A DNA stretch of 64,000 nucleotides from IMG/VR virus record IMGVR_UViG_3300024313_000600. One strand, written 5' to 3'. Source of the DNA: an uncultured virus (IMG/VR IMGVR_UViG_3300024313_000600). Lineage: Duplodnaviria > Heunggongvirae > Uroviricota > Caudoviricetes. The translations under genes and the position numbers were made by a program. Shown in pieces: positions 9,891 through 20,600 of this stretch (the stretch's first letter is position 1; each line of letters begins with the position of its first letter). A model generated the notes under the pieces. That model made no database searches. It was not told where the DNA came from and saw only the letters and a list, made by a program, of their open reading frames with translations.

Positions 9891-10149
9891 TTATATTCTT
9901 ACACAAGAAATAGTAAAGGGGGAAAGAAGAACTGATAGTGGCTTAATACTCCCCGATGAAAAATATAATAGGATAGCTTTAGTAATTGAAGCAGCCGATG
10001 ACCTTGAAGTAAAGAAAGGTGATAAAATAGTAAAAACAATAGGTAAGGGTACTGAATATACATTGGATGGAGATAAGTTTGAAATCCTTCATATAAATCA
10101 TGTTCTTGCTGTAATAGAAGAAGATGGCACAGAAACCACAAGCACCTAG
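9862..10149 (+). CDS. Co-chaperonin GroES-like (true start may be a downstream ATG)
   Basis: RTDSGLILPD mobile loop, VKKGDKI, GTEY, VLAVIE. Confidence 0.8.
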   Translation: MSIAMKMKNSYILTQEIVKGERRTDSGLILPDEKYNRIALVIEAADDLEVKKGDKIVKTIGKGTEYTLDGDKFEILHINHVLAVIEEDGTETTST

Positions 10150-11941
10150 CGCAGGATTTGATTTTAATGTTGGTAAAGCTAAGCAAGCATTTTCATGGTC
10201 AAGTGAAAGTGTAGAACAGTTAATGTTTGCAATAGAAGAAGGTTATAAACCAGCATCTACTCCATTCTATGAAGGTAATCCTAATTTAAGAAAAGGAAAT
10301 ATTGTATTTAATTATTCTTCTGAAGAAATAAAAGAAATTAAAAAGTGTGCAAAAGATATTGTATACTTTGCAAATACATATTGTACTGTAATGACCGATC
10401 ATGGTTTACAGACAATTAATTTAAGACCTTACCAGGAAGATATGTTAAGGCAATTTCAAGCAGAAAGATTTAATGTATGTTTAGCAAGTAGGCAAGTAGG
10501 TAAAACTATTTGCTCATCTATTTTTATTGCTTGGTATTCATTATTTAATTTTGATAAGAATTCTTTAATACTTTCAAATAAAGGAGCAACTACAAGAGAG
10601 ATCATTGATAAAGGTAAAACTATATTAGAACATTTACCTTTCTTTTTAAAACCAGGTACACTTAAATGGGATGTATTTAATTCTAAGTTTGATAATGGTT
10701 GTAGAATAATTGGTCAGACTACTACAAAGAAAGCAGCAATCGGTTTTACTATTCATTTATTATTTATGGATGAGTTTGCGCATATACCTGCAAACTTTGT
10801 TGATACTTTTTATGAAAATGTGTATCCAACAGTATCCGCATCAACAAACTCGAAAGTAATAATAACAAGTACACCTAATGGCTTTAATAAATTCTATGAC
10901 ATATATACTGCCGCCGATAAAGGATTAAGTGAATATACACCCTTTAGAGTTGATTGGTGGGATGTACCTGGGCGAGATGAGGCCTGGATGAAACAGGAGG
11001 TTGCTAACTTAGGTAGTGATGAAGCATTTAATAGACAATATGGAAATCAGTTTATAGCAGGATCATCATTACTATTAGGTGCTGATAGCCTTAAAAAATT
11101 GACAACTAATCAGATAGATTTTGTACACAGAGAGATGATTGCTTTTGAAGACGAGCAAGTAGATTATTCTGGTTTATTATGGGATCCTGAATTTAATTTA
11201 GATGATGCTGAAGAAGATGAAAATTACTGGTGTTTTTCTGTTGATATTGCTGAAGGTACTGGTGGGGACTATTCTATTATTAATATATTTAAGGTGGAGA
11301 TAATGGAAGAAGTAGACTGGAAAAAAGTAACCTCACCAGGTAGCTTTATTGATTTTTATAGAATTAGACAAGTAGGAAGATTTAGAAGTAATGAACATAC
11401 TATTGAAGAATTTGCGAAATCTCTTTATATTTTAGCTTATGATGTTTTTTACTCTGAAAATGTAAAGCTAATTATAGAATGGAATTTATTTGGTGGTGAG
11501 TTAATAAAAAGAATGGAAACTGTATTTCCGCAAAGAAACGATTTTGATGAAGAATCGGTTGTTAAATTTAAACATCGAATAGATGCAAAAACAAAACAAT
11601 TTGGATTAAAGGTTAAAAAAGATAACAAACCTATATTTTGTCAAAACTTTAAAAAATATATTACACAAAATAAAATTGTAATAAAAGATAAGCAGACTGT
11701 TTATGAAGCGGCAACCTTTGGTAAATTACCAAACGGAACCTATGCTGGTCAATTAGGTCATGACGATTTAATAATGACTTGTATAAATAGTTCTGAATTC
11801 TTTTTTACATTAGACTTTTCAGATTTTGCTGAAGAGATTCATGACGTCGCTGAACAAGATATTCAGAATAAAATTGATGCTATCTTAGAACAAGATGCAA
11901 AAGGAGGACAACTGAATTTTGATATCTATGACCTGGTATAA
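10124..11941 (+). CDS. Terminase large subunit (gp17)
   Basis: LRPYQ, SRQVGKT, FMDEFAH, TSTPNG, VDIAEG, HDDLIM. Confidence 0.95.
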   Translation: MAQKPQAPSAGFDFNVGKAKQAFSWSSESVEQLMFAIEEGYKPASTPFYEGNPNLRKGNIVFNYSSEEIKEIKKCAKDIVYFANTYCTVMTDHGLQTINLRPYQEDMLRQFQAERFNVCLASRQVGKTICSSIFIAWYSLFNFDKNSLILSNKGATTREIIDKGKTILEHLPFFLKPGTLKWDVFNSKFDNGCRIIGQTTTKKAAIGFTIHLLFMDEFAHIPANFVDTFYENVYPTVSASTNSKVIITSTPNGFNKFYDIYTAADKGLSEYTPFRVDWWDVPGRDEAWMKQEVANLGSDEAFNRQYGNQFIAGSSLLLGADSLKKLTTNQIDFVHREMIAFEDEQVDYSGLLWDPEFNLDDAEEDENYWCFSVDIAEGTGGDYSIINIFKVEIMEEVDWKKVTSPGSFIDFYRIRQVGRFRSNEHTIEEFAKSLYILAYDVFYSENVKLIIEWNLFGGELIKRMETVFPQRNDFDEESVVKFKHRIDAKTKQFGLKVKKDNKPIFCQNFKKYITQNKIVIKDKQTVYEAATFGKLPNGTYAGQLGHDDLIMTCINSSEFFFTLDFSDFAEEIHDVAEQDIQNKIDAILEQDAKGGQLNFDIYDLV

Positions 11942-11995
11942 AAAGTTATAGGTTAGTGGATATATAAAAAAAGCAAATAAAAAAAATAATATAAG

Positions 11996-14900
11996 ATGGC
12001 ACTAGATCCGAAAATCGCTTCGATTAAAGCAGCAGGAACTTACAGATTTGAATTTGACAAATCTCAAGTAGTTAGTATTCCTGCTAATCAGACAAGGTTA
12101 ATTGTCGGTTTCTCTAAAACAGGTCCTTTTAATACTCCGGTATTTGTACCTGACACCGCATTCTTTAAGCAAGTTTATGGTGATATTGATAGAAACTTAG
12201 AAAGAAAGGATTCATTTTTCCACAGAAGCTGTTTGGCTGCGTTGGAAAGAGGACCGATTCTTGCACTTAACCTATTAAATTTAACAGCTGCCGATAAGGT
12301 AGAGTATATTAAATTTGGTACAGCAGCAACACCTGATGTTCAGGGTAATGCTGGAGCCTTAGGAGAATATCAAAAAATGTATAACAGAGATAAATTCTTT
12401 TATCCTGATTCAGACTCATTCTTAGATAATGTAGGTGCTGATAAATTAGCATTTAGTTCTTCGAGTACTAATGATTTATTAGATTTTACTAATTTAGGTC
12501 AAAAACCAGTTTCAGTTATTGTAAGAAAGGCATCTCAAGCTAATTCAACAGGTTTTAATGTAACGGCCGAAGAATGGTACGGTGCTGCAAATGTACCTGG
12601 TTTTTTAGATAAAGACAGTTTAGTATCTGACTTTTTAGTAGATGTATTTTTAATAGACGGTAATTTTGGTGGAGATTTTAATTCCGCTACCCCTTATGAA
12701 AGGTTTGCGGCAGATCCAACATTCCAAACTTACTTTGACAAGACACAAGGTTTAAAAAGAAGATTCTTTCAAGCAGATTCATCTGATACGATGATAGCTG
12801 AATTCTTTAATGAATCTGAAGTTGATGTTATTGCAACATATACTGCATCTCTTATTCCTAACTTTACAGATTTACTTGGTAATAACCTTTTTGTAGAAAA
12901 AGTTATTAATGCTGACACTGCATCTACCGGTATATTTGTCGCTGTGAATGAAGATCTTTTTGATGGTGATACATTAATTGATGGAGTTGCCGGTGGAATT
13001 GATATGATAGGACATAACTTAGAATGGACACAAGCAAATAATTTACAAAAAGATGTTAATTTCTTATCTTATAGTGGATCAATCGTATCTGACTTAAGTT
13101 ATGCTGGTACAGGAACAACACCAAACTCAGTTGAACAAGTTGCTGAAATAATTAACACAGTAGAATTATCAAGTGGAAATATACAAATACAGATACAAGG
13201 TACTGTAGGCGATGCTTTATTCGATGCAACTGCTGGATTTACCGCAAACTCTGATACTGTAGTAGGAACTTATATACTAGGCGCGGTTTCTGGAGAATAT
13301 ATTCCTGTAATAAATGTAAACGTTGTAGGTAATACTGTAACTTTAGTATTATCAGGTGCAGGAAATACAACATTAGCTGACTTCCCAGCAGCCTTTCCAA
13401 TAACTTATAATTATATAAATGAATCAGACTTTGGTTTTGTTACTGATGAAGCTATATTAGCCGATCCTAATAATTCTAATATTATAGGTGGATATGGATC
13501 TACATTATATAGCCAATTCTCAAACGGTACTCTTACCGATGGTGATGAAGCGGTATATTTGAATGGTGGTAATGAGTTTTTAAGTTATTTGGTTTTTAAC
13601 GCTGTTGATTATGGATATGTTCATACAGCTACACCAACTTCTGCAATCTCAACTATCGCAATATCTGATAGTGATTATTATTTGCCATCTGTTCAGGTAA
13701 CACCATACCAGGAAGATGCATTTACTAATACAACACCGCATGCTGAATTTACTTTAGATCCTGCTGGTGGTGGAGTTTTTATCGATACCGATTATGCAAC
13801 AACTGGTGTAACTTATCCGGTAGGAACTTTAGGAATACAAACACTAAAAGGTGCTAATAACGTTTCTATAGATATTATATCAGATTCAACTACTGAGCCT
13901 TCATTAAAACCTAACCAAGTATTAATCGTTAGTGATAATCCTGATGCAGCCGATGTTAAAGTTGGTAATTATCTAATACATTCTGAAGGTTCTCCTTCCG
14001 TGCCACATTCAAGATTAACTAGAATTAATGTTGTTCAAGGTGGATTAACTAATGCTGAATACGGTACTATTCCGGTAGGTAAAAATGCCTTATTAGTAAC
14101 ATGCCAAAGTGAAATATCAACAACAACTGCCGCAGGTATTGTTAAGGTAGAGTTATATTATCCTATTGATGCATGGGTTGATTATTTAAATGTATTTACT
14201 TTAGATGGATTTAAATTAACTCCTTCACATGTACCTAATGGAACTAATGAAAGACAAAATGAAATCTTAAACGGTACTTTAAATGGAACTAATTTATTTA
14301 AGGCATTAACTGATAGAGATGTAATTAACTTTAGATATATTGTAGATACATTCGGAAACGGTATTGAAAGTGGATCTAAGGCGATCTATACAATATTAGC
14401 TTCTACTAGAAAGAATGCATTCGCAATATTAAATGCTCCGTCTGCTAAAGACTTTAAGAGCAATACAGATCCTTCGTTTAAAGATCTAACCGGAAGCTTA
14501 TCATCTAGATTTATTTCTACTGGTGGTGATCTTGCAAAGAATCCTACGGTAAGATACTCATTACCATCTCAAACACAAGGTGCGAGTTGGGGAGCATTCT
14601 ATTATCCGTTTATTACTGTTAGGGATTTAGGTAGAAATATAAATGTTGTACCGGCTGCATACATTTCAAATAACTTTATTGCAAAATATGAAAACGCTTT
14701 ACCGTGGTCATTAGTTGCAGGGGTTCGAAGAGGTGTTGTAGGTGGAACTGGAGTTGTAGGATTAGAACTTAATCTTGGAAAAGAGGACAGAGAATACTTA
14801 GAACCATTTGGATTAAATCCAATTGTATTCCAAAGTGGAACTGGTCCAACAATCTTTGCAAATAAAACTGCACAGCAGACTACAAAATCTGCATTAAGTT

Positions 14901-15223
14901 CTATTAACTGTAGAGAGGTTGTAATTTACATTCAAGATGGAATTGATGCAATTCTTAGAAATTATCTATTCGAATTTAATACAGCACAAACAAGATTAGA
15001 AATTAAAACACTTGCTGATAACTTCTTAGCAACTGTTCAAAATGATGATGGTGTTTATGATTATAAAAATGTAATGGATGAAACTAATAATACTCCAGAG
15101 GTTATCGATCAAAATGTTGGTATCTTAGATACATACATTGAACCGGTAAGAGGAATGGAAATTCTCGTACAGAGAACAACAATTTTGAAAACAGGAGCTA
15201 TTAGTGCAGGAAATTTTGAATAA
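11996..15223 (+). CDS. Contractile tail sheath protein (gp18-like) with a large insertion
   Basis: VGFSKTGPFNTP N-terminus; PWSLVAGVRRG, LNPI, SINCRE, FEFN, DETNNTPEVID C-terminus. Confidence 0.92.
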   Translation: MALDPKIASIKAAGTYRFEFDKSQVVSIPANQTRLIVGFSKTGPFNTPVFVPDTAFFKQVYGDIDRNLERKDSFFHRSCLAALERGPILALNLLNLTAADKVEYIKFGTAATPDVQGNAGALGEYQKMYNRDKFFYPDSDSFLDNVGADKLAFSSSSTNDLLDFTNLGQKPVSVIVRKASQANSTGFNVTAEEWYGAANVPGFLDKDSLVSDFLVDVFLIDGNFGGDFNSATPYERFAADPTFQTYFDKTQGLKRRFFQADSSDTMIAEFFNESEVDVIATYTASLIPNFTDLLGNNLFVEKVINADTASTGIFVAVNEDLFDGDTLIDGVAGGIDMIGHNLEWTQANNLQKDVNFLSYSGSIVSDLSYAGTGTTPNSVEQVAEIINTVELSSGNIQIQIQGTVGDALFDATAGFTANSDTVVGTYILGAVSGEYIPVINVNVVGNTVTLVLSGAGNTTLADFPAAFPITYNYINESDFGFVTDEAILADPNNSNIIGGYGSTLYSQFSNGTLTDGDEAVYLNGGNEFLSYLVFNAVDYGYVHTATPTSAISTIAISDSDYYLPSVQVTPYQEDAFTNTTPHAEFTLDPAGGGVFIDTDYATTGVTYPVGTLGIQTLKGANNVSIDIISDSTTEPSLKPNQVLIVSDNPDAADVKVGNYLIHSEGSPSVPHSRLTRINVVQGGLTNAEYGTIPVGKNALLVTCQSEISTTTAAGIVKVELYYPIDAWVDYLNVFTLDGFKLTPSHVPNGTNERQNEILNGTLNGTNLFKALTDRDVINFRYIVDTFGNGIESGSKAIYTILASTRKNAFAILNAPSAKDFKSNTDPSFKDLTGSLSSRFISTGGDLAKNPTVRYSLPSQTQGASWGAFYYPFITVRDLGRNINVVPAAYISNNFIAKYENALPWSLVAGVRRGVVGGTGVVGLELNLGKEDREYLEPFGLNPIVFQSGTGPTIFANKTAQQTTKSALSSINCREVVIYIQDGIDAILRNYLFEFNTAQTRLEIKTLADNFLATVQNDDGVYDYKNVMDETNNTPEVIDQNVGILDTYIEPVRGMEILVQRTTILKTGAISAGNFE

Positions 15224-15265
15224 GAAGAAACTAAATAAGAATATATAAAAAAAATAAAATAAACT

Positions 15266-15820
15266 ATGCCACTACCACATTATACCCAATCAAGGGCCAG
15301 TAGCCAAAGGTACGAACCTGTTCAGCCTAACCTATTCGAGGTGACTGTATTTTCACCACTAGGGGATGATACGGGTTTAATCTTGGAGCAAGTTAAAACT
15401 ATCGGAGGTTTAAATAACTTAAACCCTGCTGTAGATGCAATCGGACAGAAATATAAATTTGCTGACCGTTCATTTGCAAGTATGCCAGGTCAAACATTTA
15501 TGGATCTGACTGTTAACTTTAGTCTTAACTTAAACGAAGCTAATGAAAACTACATTTACAATACATTCCGTAATTGGTACAAATTAATCTATGATCCATT
15601 GACTGGTGAAATGGGATTAAAGAAAGACTATGTTGGAAGTATGATCATTGTACAATATAACAGAGCAGGAGATATCTTTAGAAAGATCACCTGTAAAGAT
15701 GTATTCCCTACAGGTCAACCTGATTTTGTAGATGAATTATCTTATGAAACTCCAGACGCAGTTGATTTAACAATGACTTATCGTTGTGATCACTGGGTTG
15801 AAGAAAATGTAGGAGCATAA
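15266..15820 (+). CDS. Tail tube protein (gp19-like)
   Basis: Follows the sheath gene; NLFEV, FRNW...YDP.TG, KDY, QYNRAG, VFPT motifs. Confidence 0.85.
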   Translation: MPLPHYTQSRASSQRYEPVQPNLFEVTVFSPLGDDTGLILEQVKTIGGLNNLNPAVDAIGQKYKFADRSFASMPGQTFMDLTVNFSLNLNEANENYIYNTFRNWYKLIYDPLTGEMGLKKDYVGSMIIVQYNRAGDIFRKITCKDVFPTGQPDFVDELSYETPDAVDLTMTYRCDHWVEENVGA

Positions 15821-15842
15821 TAAACTCTTAAATATTTTATAG

Positions 15843-15869
15843 AAAACTGGCTCTAGGGCCAGTTTTTTT
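15843..15869 (+). terminator. Rho-independent terminator
   Basis: AAAAACTGGC-tctag-GGCCAGTTTTTTT. Confidence 0.8.
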
Positions 15870-15912
15870 GTCTTCACTCTAATATATATTATAAATTATA
15901 TAATCTAAACAT

Positions 15913-16383
15913 ATGACAATCTTTAAAGTAATTAATGAAACAGATGGAAAAGTTTATGTAGGTTATTCAGTTAATGATAATCCTAATAATTTAGGAGCAG
16001 GTAAATATATTAAAAGAGCAGTTAAAGATTTTGGAACAAGATCTTTTCAAAAAACTATTCTTGAAGAATTTGAATCTGAAGAATCATTAAGCCATATAAT
16101 GGAAAGGCTAGAATTTTGGATAAAAAATTATAAAGCCGATAATCCTAAATATGGATATAACGAAAGCGTACAAGAATTAATTCCACAAAAAAAGAGACTT
16201 ACTAAAAAACTACAAGTACTCTTAACTCCAGAAGATGAAGACAATTTAAATGCAATTATTATCGAGAAATCAATGGAGAATAAAACAAAACCGCTGCCAG
16301 TATCCAGATATGTACGACAATTAATAGTTGAACATATAGTAGAGGAAACCGCACCTGAAAAACAATTAATAAAAACTAAATAA
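15913..16383 (+). CDS. Degenerate GIY-YIG (Seg-like) domain fused to a ribbon-helix-helix-like C-terminus
   Basis: TIFKVIN...KVYVG, G.G..IKRAV..FG...F.K.IL, GYN; C-terminus KKLQVLLTPED...VSRYVRQLI. Confidence 0.6.
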   Translation: MTIFKVINETDGKVYVGYSVNDNPNNLGAGKYIKRAVKDFGTRSFQKTILEEFESEESLSHIMERLEFWIKNYKADNPKYGYNESVQELIPQKKRLTKKLQVLLTPEDEDNLNAIIIEKSMENKTKPLPVSRYVRQLIVEHIVEETAPEKQLIKTK

Positions 16384-16385
16384 TT

Positions 16386-17390
16386 ATGAGTAGTCACGAA
16401 GACAACATTAAAAAAGAATTTGAGGCAGCTGAAGGTATAATAGATACTACCGCTGAAGTAAAAACAAATGCCGATGGTAAAATTACCGAGTTAGGCAAGG
16501 TAGATACCAGTAGAGGATCTGGTGTAACATCTATAGACGACCCAGAAATACAAAGAATACAATCATTAACAGGATATGTTAAATTGGATTTAGTAAACTT
16601 TCCATCTGGTGGACAATTTTATAGAGAAGATTTTGAAATTCATATTAGAGCCGCAAGGGTTGGTGAGATTAGAGAATTCTCTACATTAGATGAAGAAAAT
16701 ATTTTAGATGTAGATGAAAAGCTAAACTCACTTCTAGTGAACTGTACAAAAATTATGTATGGTAACCAAAGGGGATCGTATAGAGATGTATTAGAAGAGG
16801 ATAGAATATACTTAATCTTATCTATTAGAGAGTTAACATTTAAAGATGGTGAAAATAAACTGATGATGCCAGTTACAAAAAAGAATTGTAAAACAGGAAC
16901 CTGTAAATCACAAGAGTCAGTAGAGCTTAGAACAGGCAATCTTCAATTTAATGATAAAGATGATTTATTAGAAAAGTATTATGACCATGAAAATAAATGT
17001 TTTACTGTTACAACTAAAAATCATGGTACATTAACAATAGCACCACCAACAATTGGAGTTATGAGATCTGTTACTGATTGGATACGAAAAAGAGAAGAAG
17101 AAAATAAACCTTGGGATAAATCATCCTTAGGTATCTTACCTTATATTCAAAGAGAATGGAGAGGATTTAATGATAAAGAAATATTTTCAGCTATTACAAA
17201 TTTTCAAGGCTGGGATTCTAGCAAATACTCAATTATTTATAGATTGGTAGAAAAAGCAAAAATAGGTGTAAAGCCGGAATTTTCATTTCCGTGTGAAAGC
17301 TGTGGTGAGGAGGTCGCAGTCCCGCTCACGTTTCCCGGCGGGATCAAAGCTCTCTTTATTATTCAAGATATCTCTTCTGAACTTTTATAA
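16386..17390 (+). CDS. Baseplate hub / tail assembly protein (gp26-like)
   Basis: FPSGG..Y, EDRIYLILSIRELT, C-terminal CESCG; lies between the tube and tape-measure genes. Confidence 0.7.
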   Translation: MSSHEDNIKKEFEAAEGIIDTTAEVKTNADGKITELGKVDTSRGSGVTSIDDPEIQRIQSLTGYVKLDLVNFPSGGQFYREDFEIHIRAARVGEIREFSTLDEENILDVDEKLNSLLVNCTKIMYGNQRGSYRDVLEEDRIYLILSIRELTFKDGENKLMMPVTKKNCKTGTCKSQESVELRTGNLQFNDKDDLLEKYYDHENKCFTVTTKNHGTLTIAPPTIGVMRSVTDWIRKREEENKPWDKSSLGILPYIQREWRGFNDKEIFSAITNFQGWDSSKYSIIYRLVEKAKIGVKPEFSFPCESCGEEVAVPLTFPGGIKALFIIQDISSELL

Positions 17391-17640
17391 AGTACGAGTA
17401 CTATTATTAGAAAAGTTGCATCTCCAGCCTTCAGAGCTGGATTTGCTTCCTTTCTATGAGTATGAATATACTTTAGAAATGTTTAATGAGATTCTTAAGG
17501 ATCGTAACGACGAGGATAAACAGAATACTCAATCCTATTCGGATAAATATAATACGGACAGCATGTCTAAGTCTATGAATAAACAGATGAGTTCATTTAA
17601 AGCTCCATCTATGCCAAAGATTAGTATGCCGAAGTTCTGA
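17293..17640 (+). CDS. gp51-like baseplate hub assembly chaperone, probably expressed by frameshift from the upstream gene
   Basis: SLLNFYK...SELDLLPFYEYEY pattern starts inside the gp26-like ORF in the +1 frame; no ATG there. Confidence 0.55.
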   Translation: MKAVVRRSQSRSRFPAGSKLSLLFKISLLNFYKVRVLLLEKLHLQPSELDLLPFYEYEYTLEMFNEILKDRNDEDKQNTQSYSDKYNTDSMSKSMNKQMSSFKAPSMPKISMPKF

Positions 17641-17656
17641 TAAATAAATAGATTGA

Positions 17657-20600
17657 ATGGCTGCTGTAACTCTTAAAGATTTAATGGACCCTCTATCAAA
17701 AATAGAGGCCGCTGCACAGAGCACTAATGAAAAATTAGATGCTCTTATTGCAGTTTCTACCGGTAGTGACGGTGGCGGTAATTTTACGAAGGAGGTTGTT
17801 AATCAGTTAGAAAAACAAACTGACTTACTTAGAGTAATAGCAAACTCTGGTGGTGATTCATCCAATGCAAATCAAGTAGGTTTATTAATAGATGAAGCAT
17901 TTACACAAACTCAATTACTAACTGCCATTGAAGCAAACACCTCTAGAAATCCTTTAGGTGGAATGTTTAGTAAAAAAGGTGGTAAGGCTAAGAAAAGTAA
18001 TGCTGGTGCTACATTAGAAGATTTAGGTCTTGGTGCAAAACTAACAGCCAAAGCCATGATGCTATGGTTATTAGTACCTAAGAAATCTTTAAGTAAATTT
18101 AAAGGTTTTGTAACAGATACACTTGATGCCTTTCAAGGTATAAAACCTAAAAAAGTAAAAGCAGGTGCTGATGCTCTTGCTGTTGCTTCTGGTGCTGCAA
18201 TGATATCTGCAAAGGCATTAATGATTTGGGCTTTTGTACCTGAATCAGCTATTGATAAATTTACAGCTTATATAACTAAATTAGATAAAGCTTTATCTAA
18301 GACTACTCCTAAAAAGGCTAAGAAAGGTGCAGAAACTTTGGCCTTAATGGGAGATGCACTTTTAAAATTTGCAAAAGGATTAGCTTTATCTGCAATATTA
18401 GTTCCATTAGGTTTAATAGCAATACCGTTTTTATTATTAGCTGTGACTGCCGTTGGTGGTATTATGGCTCTAATAGGTGGTAAGAAATTTTCTAAAAGAA
18501 TAGGTAGAGGAGCAAAGACTTTAGATAAAGTAGGAGATGCATTAAAATCTTTTGCAATAGGAATTGGTTTATTTGCACTTTCTACAATGTTTATAATAAT
18601 GGCTCCTGCTATTTTAATAGGTATGGTAGCTTCGCTAGTATTAATACCTGGTGCCATTGCAATATTAGGTGGTAAGAAAACGTCTAAAAGAATTAGAAGA
18701 GGTGCATTAGGCCTAGCTCTTTTGGGTGTAGCATTAATACCTTTTGCTTTAGGTTTAGTACTCTTTTCAATGGCTACAAAAGGAAATGGTATTGGTGATG
18801 TTCTTATACAAGGTGCTACAATACTAGCAATAGGTGGAGCTGCTGCATTAGTTGGTAAGATGGGTATGAAGAATATTTTAATGGGTGCCTTGGCTATGGC
18901 AGTAAACGGTTTAGGATTAATGGTATTTAGTTTGGGATATGTGCCATTTGCAGACTCTACAAAAGGTATGTCTTTAGGTGATGTTGGTGTTCAGGCATTG
19001 GTGCTCGTAGCTGTAGGTGGAATTATGGCACTGGCAGGATTAGCCGTTGGTGCAACTGCTGGTTTAGCTTTGGCAGGGCCTGCTTTATATGCAGCTGCTG
19101 GTTTAGCTTTACAAGAATTAGCCCCTGGTTTACAGGCAATGAAAAAGGTAGACTTTAAAGAAAAAGAAGCTAAAGATTTATCATATACATTAGGTGCTGT
19201 TGCGATGGCTTTTGCTGGCGTTGATCCAGAAGCAGGATTCTTTGCAAATATTGGTAATGTATTTACTAGAGTTGTACAGAGTGGTGCAGGTGTTGCTGCC
19301 GCTGCGATGTATGGTGCTGCTGGTATGGCATTACAAGAATTATCAGTAGGTCTTACTAAATTTAAAGCAATAGGATTTACTGAAGATGATTCACAAGAAC
19401 TTGCAATTGCATTAGGTTCTGTTAGTGGAGCATTTGCTCAGGCAGGTGGAGAACCTGCAAGTCCTGGCGGATTATTTGGTGCAGTATTTGGAAATACATT
19501 TAGTCCTAATGCTACTGAAAGAGGTATTGATTCTGTGATGGATTCAGGTGAAGCTCTTTCTTCTATAGTTAAAGGCCTTGCTGCATTTTTAGATCTTAAG
19601 AAGAAATATAAATTAGATGCAAAAGCTTTTCAAGCTGAAGGTTTCTTAAATGTAGCAATTACAGATACTTTAGGTTTCTTAAGTAAATCATTTGCCACAA
19701 TTGGCGGAATGGAAGTTGAGGATGGTTGGGGTCCATTTAGCTGGGATGAGAATTTAGTTGAAAAAGGTATTGATGCCGTAAAAGGTTCAGGTAGAGCTTT
19801 AACAGATATAACTACAGGGCTAAAATCATTCTTAGATTTACAAATAGAATATGGATTAACTTCCGAATCTTTTAAAGATGGTGGATATTTACAAGTAGCA
19901 GTAGAGGATACATTAGGTTTTGTTAGTAAAGCTTTTGCCACAATAGGTGGAATGGAAACTGAAGATTCTTGGGGTCCATTTAGCTGGGATGAAAATGCCG
20001 TAGAAAAAGGTGTGGATGCTGTTAAGGGTGCAGGTAAAGAATTAACAAACATTGCAACAGGCTTATCATCATTCCAAGAACTAGTAGAGAAAAAGATTGA
20101 CTTCAGTCCTGGTGGTAAACTTGGAATGGCTGTAAGTAATTCACTATCTTTTGTATCAACCGCATTTAGTGCGATTGGAGGAATGGAAGAGGAAGATGGA
20201 TGGTTTATATTTAGTTGGGATGAGAACACTGTAGAAAAAGGTATAGATGCCGTAAAAGGAGCTGGTAAAGAACTTACTAATATAGCAACAGGGTTAAAGA
20301 CATTCGCAGAAATGGGAGACATTGATTTCGGTAAAAAAGGTAAGCTTGCTACGGCAGTTAAAAATTCTCTGTCATTTGTAGGTAGTGCCTTTATGAAAAT
20401 TGGTGGAATGGAAGAGACTGATGGTAATTGGTTATTTTCTTGGGATGAGAACTTGGTTCAAAAAGGTATTGAAAATGTAGATGGTGCTGGTTCTGCACTG
20501 ACTGATATTGCTGAAGGTCTTCAGGCGTTTGCAGATTTAGAAAATCCTGCAGGAATAGCAGAAGGTATTGAAACTATATTTACTTCTATAGGTGATACGT

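Noticed and set aside
10124..11941. Intein or intron in the terminase, topoisomerase or ClpC genes
   Set aside because: Lengths are ordinary and there are no C...HN splice motifs or interrupted frames.
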